Shown here: piece after piece, positions 44,881 to 53,911 of the stretch
Layout of the letters: the number at the start of each line of letters is the position of its first letter
Numbering within the stretch: position 1 is the first letter of the stretch
Assembly (NCBI GenBank): GCA_021200565.1
Contig: JAJQGJ010000002.1
Span: forward strand, 101,351 to 165,350
Direction of reading: 5' to 3'
DNA length: 64,000 bases
From: Oscillospiraceae bacterium
Lineage (GTDB): Bacteria; Bacillota; Clostridia; Oscillospirales; Ruminococcaceae
Translations under genes and position numbers: made by a program
The notes under the pieces: model-generated
Database searches by the model: none
Seen by the model: the letters and a program-made list of their open reading frames with translations, nothing else
Told to the model about the DNA's origin: nothing

Positions 44881-47289
44881 TTTACTAAGTCCCCAGATAT
44901 TCTTCGCATAGTCATCAACAGAGCGGTCTGCGGAGAATCTGCCGGCGTTGGCAATGTTCATGAGAGACATTCTCTGCCATCTGAGAGTATCCTGATAGAT
45001 CTTCGAAACCTCTGCCTGTGCGCTTCTGTAGGATTCGAAGTCTGCAAGAACCATGTAAGGATCAATGTGCTTGTAAGAAGAGACGACGTCGTCGAAACGG
45101 TTGCCGTTGATTCCGGAAGCAATCTTGTCTACTGCCGCCCTGATGACAGGATCGCAGTTATAGAGCTGCTCGGGACGATAGCCGGATCTCTTCAGAGCCT
45201 CGACCTCGTCGACGGTCATACCGAAGTTGATGATGTTGTCCTGTCCGGCAGCCTCACCTATCTCAATATTGGCTCCGTCTCTCGTGCCGAGAGTTACAGC
45301 ACCATTGAGCATAAACTTCATGTTTCCGGTTCCGCTCGCCTCTGTTCCGGCAAGAGAAATCTGCTCGGAAACCTCTGATGCGGGCATAAGGAGTTCGGAC
45401 AAGGTTACATTGTAATTCTCAAGGAAGACAACAGAGAGCTTCTCGTGAATCTTCGGGTTCTTCTTGATTTCCTCTCCCAGAGACCAGATAAGCTTGATGA
45501 TCTGCTTTGCGAGATAGTAGCCGGGAGCCGCCTTTGCAGCGAAGATATAGGTCTTCGGCTGAACGTCGAGATCCGGGTTGTCGAGAAGTCTCAGATACTC
45601 GGAAACGATATTGAGGGCGTTGAGATGCTGTCTCTTATATTCGTGAAGTCTCTTGACCTGAACGTCAAAGAGGGTGTCGGGATTGATGACTATTCCGGTG
45701 TCAGCCTTGATGCGCTTGGCGAAGCTTGCCTTGTTCTTCTTCTTGACCTCAGCAAGGCGAGTGAGAACCTCTTCATCATCTGCAAACTTTTCAAGCTTCT
45801 TGAGCTGGTTTGCATCCTTGAGGTAGCCCTTGCCGATTGTGTCGTCAAGCAGCTTGCAGAGCTCAGGATTCGACTGATAGAGCCATCTGCGGTAGGCGAT
45901 GCCGTTTGTGACGTTGGTGAACTTTTCGGGGGTGTTCTCATACTCGTTTGCGAAAACGTCACGCTTGATTATCTCAGAGTGAATCTGAGAAACACCGTTG
46001 ACATGGTGGCAGACTGCAGCGCAGAGCTTAGCCATATGAACCTTGTTGTTCTGGATGATAGACATCGAGGTGACCTTCTGGTGGTCATGATACTTATCCC
46101 AGAGACCTGCACAGTAGCGGTTGTTGATCTCGACGATGATTGAGAAGATTCTCGGAATAACGGTCTTGATAAGGTCGCTGTCCCACTTCTCAAGAGCCTC
46201 AGCCATGACGGTGTGGTTGGTATATGCGAAGCAGCCCTGGACGATTCTGTAGGCGTCGTCCCAGGAATATCCGCAGTCGTCAAGGAGAATTCTCATCAGT
46301 TCGGGGATTGCAAGAGTCGGATGGGTGTCGTTTATCTGGATAGCTACTTTGTCTGCAAGATTATCAAGAGTTCCATAGGTAGCCATGTGGTGATTTACAA
46401 TATCCGCTACCGAAGCCGCACACATGAAGTACTGCTGGCGGAGTCTTAAAGACTTGCCGTCGTTATGATTATCATTAGGATATAAAACCTTCGAGATAGC
46501 CTGAGCGGTGATGTTCTGACCGAGAGCCGCAGCATAGTTTCCGGAATTGAACTTGTTCATATCGAACGACGGGCTGATAGCCTTCCAGAGTCTGAGCTTT
46601 GAAACAGCGTCGCTGTCATAGCCGGAGACATAGAGGTCATAGGGCTCTGCGATAACGGTTGTATAATTTTCAAGATTTACGCGGTGATACTGATTGTCCC
46701 AATATTCCTTGAGAACGCCGTCGAAATGGATTTCGATCTGCGACTCGGAATGCTCAACGAGCCAGCACTTGCCGCCGGGAAGCCAGTTGTCGGGAAGCTC
46801 ATCCTGCCAGCCGTGATCCAACTTCTGGCGGAAGATTCCATACTCATAAAGAATCGAATATCCGGTTGCCGGATAGCCGTCTGTTGCAAGACCGTCGAGG
46901 TAGCAGGCAGCGAGTCTGCCCAAGCCGCCGTTTCCAAGACCCGCATCAGGCTCCTGGTCATAGATTGCTTCAAGGTTTGCGCCCAGATCCTTCAAAGCTC
47001 CCTGAGCTGCCTTGACCATGCCTAAGTTATAGAGATTGGTCTTAAGCGACCTACCCATAAGGAATTCCATTGAAATGTAGTAAACCTGCTTCTTGCCCTC
47101 CGAATGAACCTTTGTGGTGTACTTATGACGCTTGTCGGAAAGCTCTCTTGTGATTATGAAGGCAAGTGCCTCATAAAGCTGCTTATCGGAAGCCAGTTCA
47201 GGGGAAATACCATACTTCACGTCCAGGACGTTGACGATTTCCTCTTTAAGACCATCCTTAGTGTAACGCTTGTTAATAGCCTTTGGCAA
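44878..47289 (-). CDS. glgP: Glycogen/alpha-glucan phosphorylase
   Basis: The PLP-lysine context EASGTGNMKFMLNGA, plus GNGGLGRLAAC. The likely start is the TTG at 47289, 5 nt after GGAGGG ((M)PKAINKRYTKDG). The upstream 44 codons of the track ORF lack an RBS. Confidence 0.93.
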   Translation of the reverse strand: MPKAINKRYTKDGLKEEIVNVLDVKYGISPELASDKQLYEALAFIITRELSDKRHKYTTKVHSEGKKQVYYISMEFLMGRSLKTNLYNLGMVKAAQGALKDLGANLEAIYDQEPDAGLGNGGLGRLAACYLDGLATDGYPATGYSILYEYGIFRQKLDHGWQDELPDNWLPGGKCWLVEHSESQIEIHFDGVLKEYWDNQYHRVNLENYTTVIAEPYDLYVSGYDSDAVSKLRLWKAISPSFDMNKFNSGNYAAALGQNITAQAISKVLYPNDNHNDGKSLRLRQQYFMCAASVADIVNHHMATYGTLDNLADKVAIQINDTHPTLAIPELMRILLDDCGYSWDDAYRIVQGCFAYTNHTVMAEALEKWDSDLIKTVIPRIFSIIVEINNRYCAGLWDKYHDHQKVTSMSIIQNNKVHMAKLCAAVCHHVNGVSQIHSEIIKRDVFANEYENTPEKFTNVTNGIAYRRWLYQSNPELCKLLDDTIGKGYLKDANQLKKLEKFADDEEVLTRLAEVKKKNKASFAKRIKADTGIVINPDTLFDVQVKRLHEYKRQHLNALNIVSEYLRLLDNPDLDVQPKTYIFAAKAAPGYYLAKQIIKLIWSLGEEIKKNPKIHEKLSVVFLENYNVTLSELLMPASEVSEQISLAGTEASGTGNMKFMLNGAVTLGTRDGANIEIGEAAGQDNIINFGMTVDEVEALKRSGYRPEQLYNCDPVIRAAVDKIASGINGNRFDDVVSSYKHIDPYMVLADFESYRSAQAEVSKIYQDTLRWQRMSLMNIANAGRFSADRSVDDYAKNIWGLSK

Positions 47290-47455
47290 AATTATCCCTC
47301 CAAAATGATAGATTTTAATAACCTGACGGTAAACGAAAGCCGTAAAGCTCCCGTTCCCTTTGTTGAATTCTAATCGGATTATGCCTTGCTTATTATAATA
47401 CATCAAAAGGGAGAATGTCAATAGTTATTTTGAAACACGACCTTTTCAAGGAAAA

Positions 47456-47482
47456 TAAAAAAAGCCGTTGACAAAACGGCTC
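47456..47482 (-). terminator. Intrinsic terminator closing the small-toxin transcript
   Basis: Minus strand: AGCCGTT-ttgtca-AACGGCT followed by TTTTTTTATTTT. Confidence 0.7.
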
Positions 47483-47496
47483 TCATGAGTTATAAT
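47468..47496 (+). promoter_or_regulatory. Perfect consensus promoter TTGACA-17-TATAAT for the antisense sRNA
   Basis: ttgaca aaacggctctcatgagt tataat. Confidence 0.75.
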
Positions 47497-47502
47497 AGAT
47501 GA

Positions 47503-47628
47503 CAGAGAAGCGGAACTGCTGCAACGGTTCCGTGTCGACCCCAAAATGTGCGGATAAGAATCCAACACTATAAGTGGAAAGTGACCGTCCCCTGTTTGCT
47601 AGTTTGCCGGGCGGTTATCTTTTTTTAT
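47503..47628 (+). ncRNA. ~125-nt non-coding RNA antisense to the 3' end and 3' UTR of the small-toxin mRNA (candidate type I antitoxin)
   Basis: A consensus promoter lies upstream. The terminator hairpin ACCGTCCC-n17-GGGCGGT is followed by a T7 run at 47620-47626. No RBS or ORF is present. Confidence 0.6.
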
Positions 47629-47707
47629 TGTCTGACCAGATGTCAAACATCTTGAAAACAACCGTAAATATTAAACTAAGAAGTAGTAAAACTTCAGAAG
47701 TTGTCAT
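47615..47707 (-). CDS. 30-aa hydrophobic peptide, candidate type I toxin (Fst/TxpA/holin-like class)
   Basis: The RBS AGGGGGA sits 8 nt before the ATG. The peptide is MTTSEVLLLLSLIFTVVFKMFDIWSDNKKR: one TM helix plus a basic C-terminus. Confidence 0.6.
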   Translation of the reverse strand: MTTSEVLLLLSLIFTVVFKMFDIWSDNKKR

Positions 47708-47847
47708 ATTTATCGTCCCCCTTATTTTATGTAGTCTCTGTGAAACAGAAACTGCCGGAGCAGTTAACTGCTCCACAGGAAAGGGTCGACCATATTGAAT
47801 CACAAGCATGTATACCTACTTTTGACTCTCACTTCTCTGTCAACGTA

Positions 47848-47876
47848 ATTGTACACGATAATTTGGTTTTTGTCAA
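47848..47876 (-). promoter_or_regulatory. Promoter TTGACA-17-TACAAT for the small-toxin mRNA
   Basis: Read on the minus strand: ttgaca aaaaccaaattatcgtg tacaat. It gives a ~130-nt 5' UTR. Confidence 0.65.
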
Positions 47877-47882
47877 CATATT

Positions 47883-47922
47883 AACGCTAAAAAGCTGTCC
47901 AAAAGGGCAGCTTTTTAGCGTT
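47883..47922. terminator. Long perfect hairpin at the end of the lysin gene (terminator-like)
   Basis: AACGCTAAAAAGCTG.CC-aaaa-GG.CAGCTTTTTAGCGTT. It overlaps the lysin stop codon. Confidence 0.5.
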
Positions 47923-48556
47923 TTATCACATTCAACCCTTTCCCCTCAATAATCCTCTCATAATCCTTATACGCCACATCCTGGTCAAGTCTTGAGGGAT
48001 AGACGCCTTGCAGGACTTCCGAGGAGGAGTACTGCCAGATGCCTAAAATCGGGTGGGTGTAGAGGGCTTTTCGGCGTTCAAGACTTGTGTAGCATGCAAG
48101 CCAGACGTCGAAGTGCCTGAGTCTGTCCATATCGAGATAGTGCTTGATGAAGTTTGCGTAGGAATAGAGCATTGCATAGCAGCCGGCATCTTCGATTTCG
48201 GTTAAAAATCTCAGCGCAATGTCGGTGCACTTTTCCTTGCCCAGGACTTTCTGCGTTCCGTCCTCGATGTCGTAGACTATCGGATGAGTCAGCTTCTTGC
48301 CCTTTATCCAGGACAGCATCAGCTCCGCTTCCCTTGAAGCCTCTTCCTCGGTGGTGGCGTAGCTATATAGATATGCGCCGACTGAAAGTCCGGCAGCTCT
48401 GGCTTTCGAGTAGTGTGTGTCGAACGCTGAATCCTTGGCTTTCAGGCTTCCGGCTTTTGCAATTACGAAGCTGTAGCCGAGATCTTTAAGCTCTTCATAG
48501 TTCATTCTCATGGGCGACTGATATTTTGAAACGTCTATACCCTTGTATTCGCTCAT
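47915..48556 (-). CDS. GH25 muramidase (phage endolysin)
   Basis: The GIDVSKYQ start motif and the DxE-type catalytic region are typical of glycoside hydrolase 25 lysozymes. Confidence 0.88.
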   Translation of the reverse strand: MSEYKGIDVSKYQSPMRMNYEELKDLGYSFVIAKAGSLKAKDSAFDTHYSKARAAGLSVGAYLYSYATTEEEASREAELMLSWIKGKKLTHPIVYDIEDGTQKVLGKEKCTDIALRFLTEIEDAGCYAMLYSYANFIKHYLDMDRLRHFDVWLACYTSLERRKALYTHPILGIWQYSSSEVLQGVYPSRLDQDVAYKDYERIIEGKGLNVIKR

Positions 48557-48801
48557 TTGTAATCCTCCTGTTCGTCTGAATTATCTTTCTTAGCTGTAAT
48601 GCTCTTTGAAATGGTTATCGCCGCCGTGAGGATTCCCTCAACTCCGCTGCAGCCCATAACGCAGGTGATGAGGGTGTCCGGCACGGCGTCTTTTATATAA
48701 AATGTCACAATCATCGCTATTGTGAATAGTCCCATAAAGCCTCCTAAGATGATGAGAATCCTGTCTATCGTCCCGAGAGGCTTTTTCTCACGCTTTTTCA
48801 T
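48553..48801 (-). CDS. Holin (2 TM, charged C-terminus)
   Basis: 82 aa with two TM helices and an acidic tail. It overlaps the lysin start by 4 nt. Confidence 0.7.
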   Translation of the reverse strand: MKKREKKPLGTIDRILIILGGFMGLFTIAMIVTFYIKDAVPDTLITCVMGCSGVEGILTAAITISKSITAKKDNSDEQEDYK

Positions 48802-48803
48802 CG

Positions 48804-49064
48804 TTATCTGTGCGCCTGCTGGTTGAGATACTTGTCAAGCTTGTCCTTTGCGGTGGTGACAGTGTGATTGGCTCCAAGCTGCCCGAGTCCGTCAAGGCAT
48901 GCCGAAAGCGCAAAGCAGATGAGAGTGTTCTCTTCCTTGATTCTGAGTATTTCCGCCGCCTGCTTTTTCTGCCCGAGATACCACTTCACAACGGACACCG
49001 CTGCGCCAGCTGCAACAGCAAGCGCCGAAATAACAGATGCGGTTTTTATAATCATGTCAGCCAT
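48804..49064 (-). CDS. Small phage membrane protein of the lysis cassette
   Basis: 86 aa with an N-terminal TM helix followed by an amphipathic region. The call rests on its position before the holin. Confidence 0.5.
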   Translation of the reverse strand: MADMIIKTASVISALAVAAGAAVSVVKWYLGQKKQAAEILRIKEENTLICFALSACLDGLGQLGANHTVTTAKDKLDKYLNQQAHR

Positions 49065-49073
49065 TTTGCCTCC

Positions 49074-50117
49074 TTAACTGTCAGTCGGCGACGGAGCGTT
49101 GAGAGTTATCTTCGCCCAGAGCCCGCTCTCGTCGAAGTGAATCGTCTGCGACGTGATGACAAATTCACCTATTTCGCTTCCGTCAGGCTTTTGGACAAGA
49201 ACCCTATCGGACGGCTCCAGAGCCGGGTTGCATCTCGTCTTGAGCTCCAGCTCAAAGCGCTGATTTTTCGATTCATAATACTCCCCGGCGACAATCATCG
49301 AATAGCTTGAATCGATAAAGTCGTTTGTGAGAAACTCCGCTAAACAGCCTCTTGTGTAGGTTCCATAGGTTGCTCCGAAGGAAGCTCCGGGGTTCTCTCC
49401 CGTAATCTCGACATAGTCGACGTGGCTTGTGAGCTTGAGGCTCGAATAGCCAAGAACGCTTGCGGGCGTGATAGTCGCCGAATAGCCGGTCTTTCCCGCA
49501 ATTCTCTCCATGTGAACAGAGCCGTCTCTTGCAACCCAGACGGACGCCATTCCGGCAGCCTGAGCCAAAAGCAGCAAGCAGTTTCTCTGCGAATCGGTTG
49601 TAGTCAGCATTGCAGGATAGACAGTCGCACCGAGAGTATCCTCATCGCAATAGACGTCCAGTCCGGAAAGTGCACCGGGAGCACGCTCAACAAGATATGA
49701 CATGCTCATAGCAGCGCTGACATAAAGCCCGGTCAGATACTTGTCCATATAGGTTTTAACTCTGTCGGACGCAACTATGCTCACTGTCAGACCGAGGTCT
49801 TCTGTGTCGATCTCGTCGATATAGTATTTCCCGACAGAGACATATTCGCCGTTGATTCCTATGAACGCTTCGAACTGTGCTCCCACGTAATCGGTTTTGA
49901 GCGATGCAAAGGACAGTCCGAGACTGTCAACAGCCTTTAGCTTAAGAGACCTCGACGGAAAGCTTTCACAGGTTATGTCAAGGCTCTCGGTGAGCTCCAT
50001 GCTTATAACGTCTTCAGCATCCATTTCAAGCCCGGAATAGCTTCCAAGAAAGCTTATCTTGACTCCAACCTTTCTCAGCTCAACATCGGGATCATAGGTT
50101 TCAGAACAGCTCTGCAT
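49074..50117 (-). CDS. Phage tail-tip/baseplate-like structural protein
   Basis: 347 aa and beta-rich. The overall pattern resembles siphovirus tail-associated (Tal/Dit-like) N-terminal domains. The call rests on position and composition only. Confidence 0.45.
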   Translation of the reverse strand: MQSCSETYDPDVELRKVGVKISFLGSYSGLEMDAEDVISMELTESLDITCESFPSRSLKLKAVDSLGLSFASLKTDYVGAQFEAFIGINGEYVSVGKYYIDEIDTEDLGLTVSIVASDRVKTYMDKYLTGLYVSAAMSMSYLVERAPGALSGLDVYCDEDTLGATVYPAMLTTTDSQRNCLLLLAQAAGMASVWVARDGSVHMERIAGKTGYSATITPASVLGYSSLKLTSHVDYVEITGENPGASFGATYGTYTRGCLAEFLTNDFIDSSYSMIVAGEYYESKNQRFELELKTRCNPALEPSDRVLVQKPDGSEIGEFVITSQTIHFDESGLWAKITLNAPSPTDS

Positions 50118-50828
50118 TTACTCCACATCCTTTCCGGTTGCCGTGATTGCGACGGCGCACCAGGTGCAGACTCCGTCATCGTCAAATTCATACGCCTGAA
50201 GCTTAGGTATGTCAAAAAGAAAATCAGCCGTCACGCTTCCGGAAACGTCCGGATATGTGACGCTCATGAAGGGCGAACCTTCAATCATACTTATAAGTGC
50301 CGAAGCCATTTCTCTTGAAAGCCGCAGCTCTGTCACCCTAAGAGTCACCCTGCAGCCGATTACATCTAAAACCGTTCCGCCGTCAGATGCCGTGGCTACG
50401 CTTCCGATTCTCTCTTTTGTGATCACATAGTCTGTCCCGACAGGAAGAATTATCGTATCACTTCCGTCGGTTATCGTAAGCGAGCCGGAAACGGATGTCG
50501 AGCTGTAGTAATCAGCAGCTTCAAACTGCCGGAAAGAGAATGTAGCCATTTCGGGCGACTCGCCGGTGTCTTCGCCGGTAATCTCGAAGACCTCGCTGTC
50601 GGAAACCCGCCGGAAAATGTCTCCATAGCTTAAATTCACCTCAGGAGAAACAGTAAGCGTATACTTTCTTAAAAGCCTTGAATCCTCCTCAGAAGAGCTC
50701 ACGAGGACAAGAGCGCCGGAAAACGTTTCTCCGTCAGTGAAGCTTGTCAGTGTGTTTCCGGAGGAATCAGACTCGGTTGTGACTGTGAGCTTTGTGAACT
50801 CCTCAGAAAATATATCTATAAGACTCAT
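50118..50828 (-). CDS. Phage structural protein; the N-terminal half resembles head-tail adaptor/head-closure proteins
   Basis: The ATG at 50828 overlaps the upstream TAA (TAATG). The pattern F..L.V...ESD.SGN...FTDG..F.GALV..S..E......YTL.V is adaptor-like. Confidence 0.45.
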   Translation of the reverse strand: MSLIDIFSEEFTKLTVTTESDSSGNTLTSFTDGETFSGALVLVSSSEEDSRLLRKYTLTVSPEVNLSYGDIFRRVSDSEVFEITGEDTGESPEMATFSFRQFEAADYYSSTSVSGSLTITDGSDTIILPVGTDYVITKERIGSVATASDGGTVLDVIGCRVTLRVTELRLSREMASALISMIEGSPFMSVTYPDVSGSVTADFLFDIPKLQAYEFDDDGVCTWCAVAITATGKDVE

Positions 50829-51226
50829 TACAGCTTCCTCCACCTGTTAAGCCTGCTCGAAAAGACCTTCTGCCAGGACGCCGATTCAGAGTCTTCCCTT
50901 TCGTAGGAATACCCTCCGAAGCTCTCTTTCTTGTAGGGCGACGGAGACGCCATATCTGAAGCCATATACTCTTCGATTTCTGCGCAGATCCCCAGGAAAT
51001 CCTCAGGCGGATTCATAAGAGCAATGTCGCCGCTGAACTGCTCATCGGTGAGCGTGTCGTCGGGATAAAGGTGAACAGAATCGTTATACTTGCTTCCCCA
51101 GATGAGATAATAGCCGTCACGCATGAAGCCCGGGTCTGTCAAAGCTCCGCCCGATATGGTGAATATCCCATCATGGACCTCCGAGATAAAATAGTTCTTT
51201 ATGTGTCTGCAAACAGCTTCAATCAT
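50828..51226 (-). CDS. Phage structural protein (possible head-tail connector)
   Basis: 132 aa, located immediately downstream of the capsid gene. No motif was recognised. Confidence 0.4.
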   Translation of the reverse strand: MIEAVCRHIKNYFISEVHDGIFTISGGALTDPGFMRDGYYLIWGSKYNDSVHLYPDDTLTDEQFSGDIALMNPPEDFLGICAEIEEYMASDMASPSPYKKESFGGYSYEREDSESASWQKVFSSRLNRWRKL

Positions 51227-51290
51227 GCTTTTCTCCTTTCAGTTTCATTCCCCGTGGGTGGGGATTTCTCCCCACCCGTCAGCCTTGTTA

Positions 51291-52127
51291 TCAGGCAGTG
51301 CAGACGAGCACCGCAACCTGCGCCGGGTTTGTGACCTTTGCGCCGTAGACGTGAAGACCCTTTACAGCGTCGGCAAATCTCTTTTCGGGACGATAAGCCG
51401 TGGTTTCAAGAATCTGCTCCGCATAGGTGCAGGCAGAAGGAACCTGTGCCGTTACATAATAATTGGTTCCGTCATTGTAGCAGTTATTCGACTCGTAGAT
51501 GTCAAAGCCCGCAATTCTTCCGATATAGCCGCTTCTTGTGGTCTCCTCGCCCATGCTGCCGGACCCTGTGAATCTCGAATCCTGCAGAAGCAGAGCATAA
51601 ACATCAGGAGGAAGCACTATGGTTCTTCCCTCGTTAGGAACGCTGTTTTTGTCCATGATGAGTCTGAGCTGGACGATGTAGCTATAGACATTGTCGGCTG
51701 TCAGAGCTATAGGAGTGTCCATGCCGATGATGTTCTCATCGTTTGCACCCATTGCAAGCGTTTCGAGAACATATGCATCCGCAACATCATTGAGTGCATA
51801 TGCGCTTCGTCTCATAGCCGTGTCCATGACGTCTCCTGCTGCCTGCGCTGCGTCGACATTCTCGATCTGGAAGTTGAAATACTTAGCCTCGGTGATGTCG
51901 AGGGTTGTGTCGGTTGTGGAGATGTCCTCCGGGTCGCCGATTTCAGAGCCTCTCTCATAGTTCGAAACGGTGATGTCGCCGATGGTGTTGATGTGAACAG
52001 AGCTGCCGCACTGCTTGATTTCTCCCTCATAGTCCCTGTTTACGAGGCTTCCCGCAACATGAACCTTTTCAAGTGCGTCAAGGAGTCTTGCGCTCCAGAG
52101 CTCCGGTATGAATGTAGATATTGCCAT
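51291..52127 (-). CDS. Major capsid protein (P22-coat-like N-terminus)
   Basis: MAISTFIPELWSARLLDALEK..V...LVNRDYEGEI resembles the start of P22-type coat proteins. The gene follows the scaffold gene. Confidence 0.7.
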   Translation of the reverse strand: MAISTFIPELWSARLLDALEKVHVAGSLVNRDYEGEIKQCGSSVHINTIGDITVSNYERGSEIGDPEDISTTDTTLDITEAKYFNFQIENVDAAQAAGDVMDTAMRRSAYALNDVADAYVLETLAMGANDENIIGMDTPIALTADNVYSYIVQLRLIMDKNSVPNEGRTIVLPPDVYALLLQDSRFTGSGSMGEETTRSGYIGRIAGFDIYESNNCYNDGTNYYVTAQVPSACTYAEQILETTAYRPEKRFADAVKGLHVYGAKVTNPAQVAVLVCTA

Positions 52128-52147
52128 TATTTTTTCTTTCCTTTCTT

Positions 52148-52696
52148 TTAATCAGTCGTTGCTTTCAGCGATTGCTTTATCGCCTGGTAGTTTTCGTTTA
52201 TTTCACGGGAAGACATTCTCCTTATGTCCTCGGGTGAATAGCCTCTTTCGGACGAATTTGCCGGCGGAGTCGCCATCTCTGCGCCAAAGGAGTATCTTTT
52301 CGGAATAAATCCCGCAAAGAGCTCCATAACGCCAGCTCTTACAGATTCTTCATCAAGAATTGCTCCATTCTCATCTAAAGCTATCTTTTCAAAATCCGTG
52401 ACCTGTAAAATAGGCTTCACACACTCCTCCGGAATGTGAAGTTCCCTTAACATTTCAGTCACCGCCTGCCTTTTAGCCTGCATGGACTTCTCCTTTTCGA
52501 GAGCTTCGAATTTTCTCTGATAGTCGAGCATGGTGCTCTTGGCGTTATCAAGCTCACTATTAAGAGCAGTCAGTCTCTCAACCTCAGCTTTATAGCCCTT
52601 GAGAGCCTCAACCGTCTCAGCATGAGCCTTGATAATCTCCTCTGCATTCTCATCCGCAATGCCCATTTCCCTGAGCATCTTTCTTGTCAGTGCCAT
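52148..52696 (-). CDS. Phage scaffolding protein (GP20-like)
   Basis: 182 aa, a highly helical Glu/Lys-rich coiled coil between the portal and capsid genes. Confidence 0.7.
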   Translation of the reverse strand: MALTRKMLREMGIADENAEEIIKAHAETVEALKGYKAEVERLTALNSELDNAKSTMLDYQRKFEALEKEKSMQAKRQAVTEMLRELHIPEECVKPILQVTDFEKIALDENGAILDEESVRAGVMELFAGFIPKRYSFGAEMATPPANSSERGYSPEDIRRMSSREINENYQAIKQSLKATTD

Positions 52697-52740
52697 TTTT
52701 TCTTTCCTTTCTCGTATTGTTTCTTTGATACGATAATCCC

Positions 52741-52787
52741 GGCTCCCCTCTGGGGGAGCTGTCAGCCGTAAGGCTGACTGAGAGGGT
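52741..52787. repeat. Family B repeat unit inside the phage-like module
   Basis: ggctcccctctgggggagctgtcagccgtaaggctgactgagagggt, between the portal stop codon and the scaffold start. Confidence 0.9.
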
Positions 52788-52792
52788 ATCCT

Positions 52793-53911
52793 TTATATTC
52801 CCAGTGCTTCCGCACAGAGAGTCTTGATTGTCTCATCGTCGAAGAGTCCCCGAAGCAGCAAAGCTGTCTCAACCCTTTCCCTTTCCGTCTGCGCTTTTTC
52901 ATACTCGTTGACGATTGTATCACGCTTGAAGGTGCAGTTATCTTCGACTCCGATAAGATTCAGAAGCCCGTGAACGAACTTTAGAACCGCATACTCGAGC
53001 ATATTCGAATAGAGATTCATCGGCTCGTATGCTGCCTTGATTGCCGTCGCCGTCGAGTTGCCGCCGGAAACGGTGTCGAGATTCAGAACCATGAAGTCCC
53101 GGTACATCTCGTTTTCAAGACGTGTTAGCATCGCTTCTCTGCTCGCATATGGAATTTCGGTTGTGTGGGACTCAGCCTGCGCTCCGTCGTCCTCGATGAC
53201 AGCCGCTTTGACCGTCTTCATGTGCTCGATGAACCGTGCAAGGTCGATGTCGTCCATGCCGCCGGCGTTAGAGATTGTCCAGTAGATCATCGAGGCGTCG
53301 TCAATGTCGTTCGCAAAGCCAGATTCGATGAGGTCGTAGCAGTCAATCTGCCGCCTGAGCCCCACTATTCCCGACTGTTTTCTCGGAGAATAAAGCGGAA
53401 CTATCGGAAGCTTCTCATAGTTCTCTTCAATCAGAGTATCATCCTGATAGTCAGATCTGATAACTATTTGCTTATAAGCCTTCTTAGGCTTCATGACGCT
53501 CAGCTCTTCGCCACGGCGCTTGATGTATTCGGTGTAGCCGTCAAGCTCAAAAAGCGTGAGCCTGAGCGGCTTGTCGATGTCAAGCTGCCAGAAGCGGATT
53601 CCGGCTTTCAGCTCGCCTGTTTCCTCATCGTAGAGCGACGCAAACTCCTCCGCTCCGAAAACCTCTACCCTGTCGTTATTCATGAACCCATAGGCAACGC
53701 CGCCATTGAGAGCATCCGTCAGAGCCTCCTGCAGCGCATGATCAAAGCTGTCTCCGCCCAAGAGCTTCTTCGTTCCGTCACCTTCAAACCGGGCGCCATA
53801 CCCCAGAAGATACTGAACCGTCTGGGTGACGAACCGGAAATAAACATTGGATGCAAGCCGGAAGTTAGCCGAATAGTTATCCGGAACAGCTCTTCCCGAA
53901 ACGGTATACAA
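52793..53911 (-). CDS. Phage portal protein (5' end apparently split by a frameshift; see findings)
   Basis: 372 aa from a TTG at 53911. The open frame continues upstream to 54025 without a start codon. A 21-codon ORF with an RBS (GTG at 54081) reads in another frame. Confidence 0.75.
   Translation of the reverse strand: MYTVSGRAVPDNYSANFRLASNVYFRFVTQTVQYLLGYGARFEGDGTKKLLGGDSFDHALQEALTDALNGGVAYGFMNNDRVEVFGAEEFASLYDEETGELKAGIRFWQLDIDKPLRLTLFELDGYTEYIKRRGEELSVMKPKKAYKQIVIRSDYQDDTLIEENYEKLPIVPLYSPRKQSGIVGLRRQIDCYDLIESGFANDIDDASMIYWTISNAGGMDDIDLARFIEHMKTVKAAVIEDDGAQAESHTTEIPYASREAMLTRLENEMYRDFMVLNLDTVSGGNSTATAIKAAYEPMNLYSNMLEYAVLKFVHGLLNLIGVEDNCTFKRDTIVNEYEKAQTERERVETALLLRGLFDDETIKTLCAEALGI

Noticed and set aside
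51201-52151. Other long antisense ORFs: 51201-52151, 53165-54070, 45445-46143, 61889-62647, 9475-10182, 34324-35055, 24896-25756, 23172-23825 and 6010-6591.
   Set aside because: Each is the mirror frame of a gene with strong family motifs on the other strand. None has an RBS or a recognisable domain.
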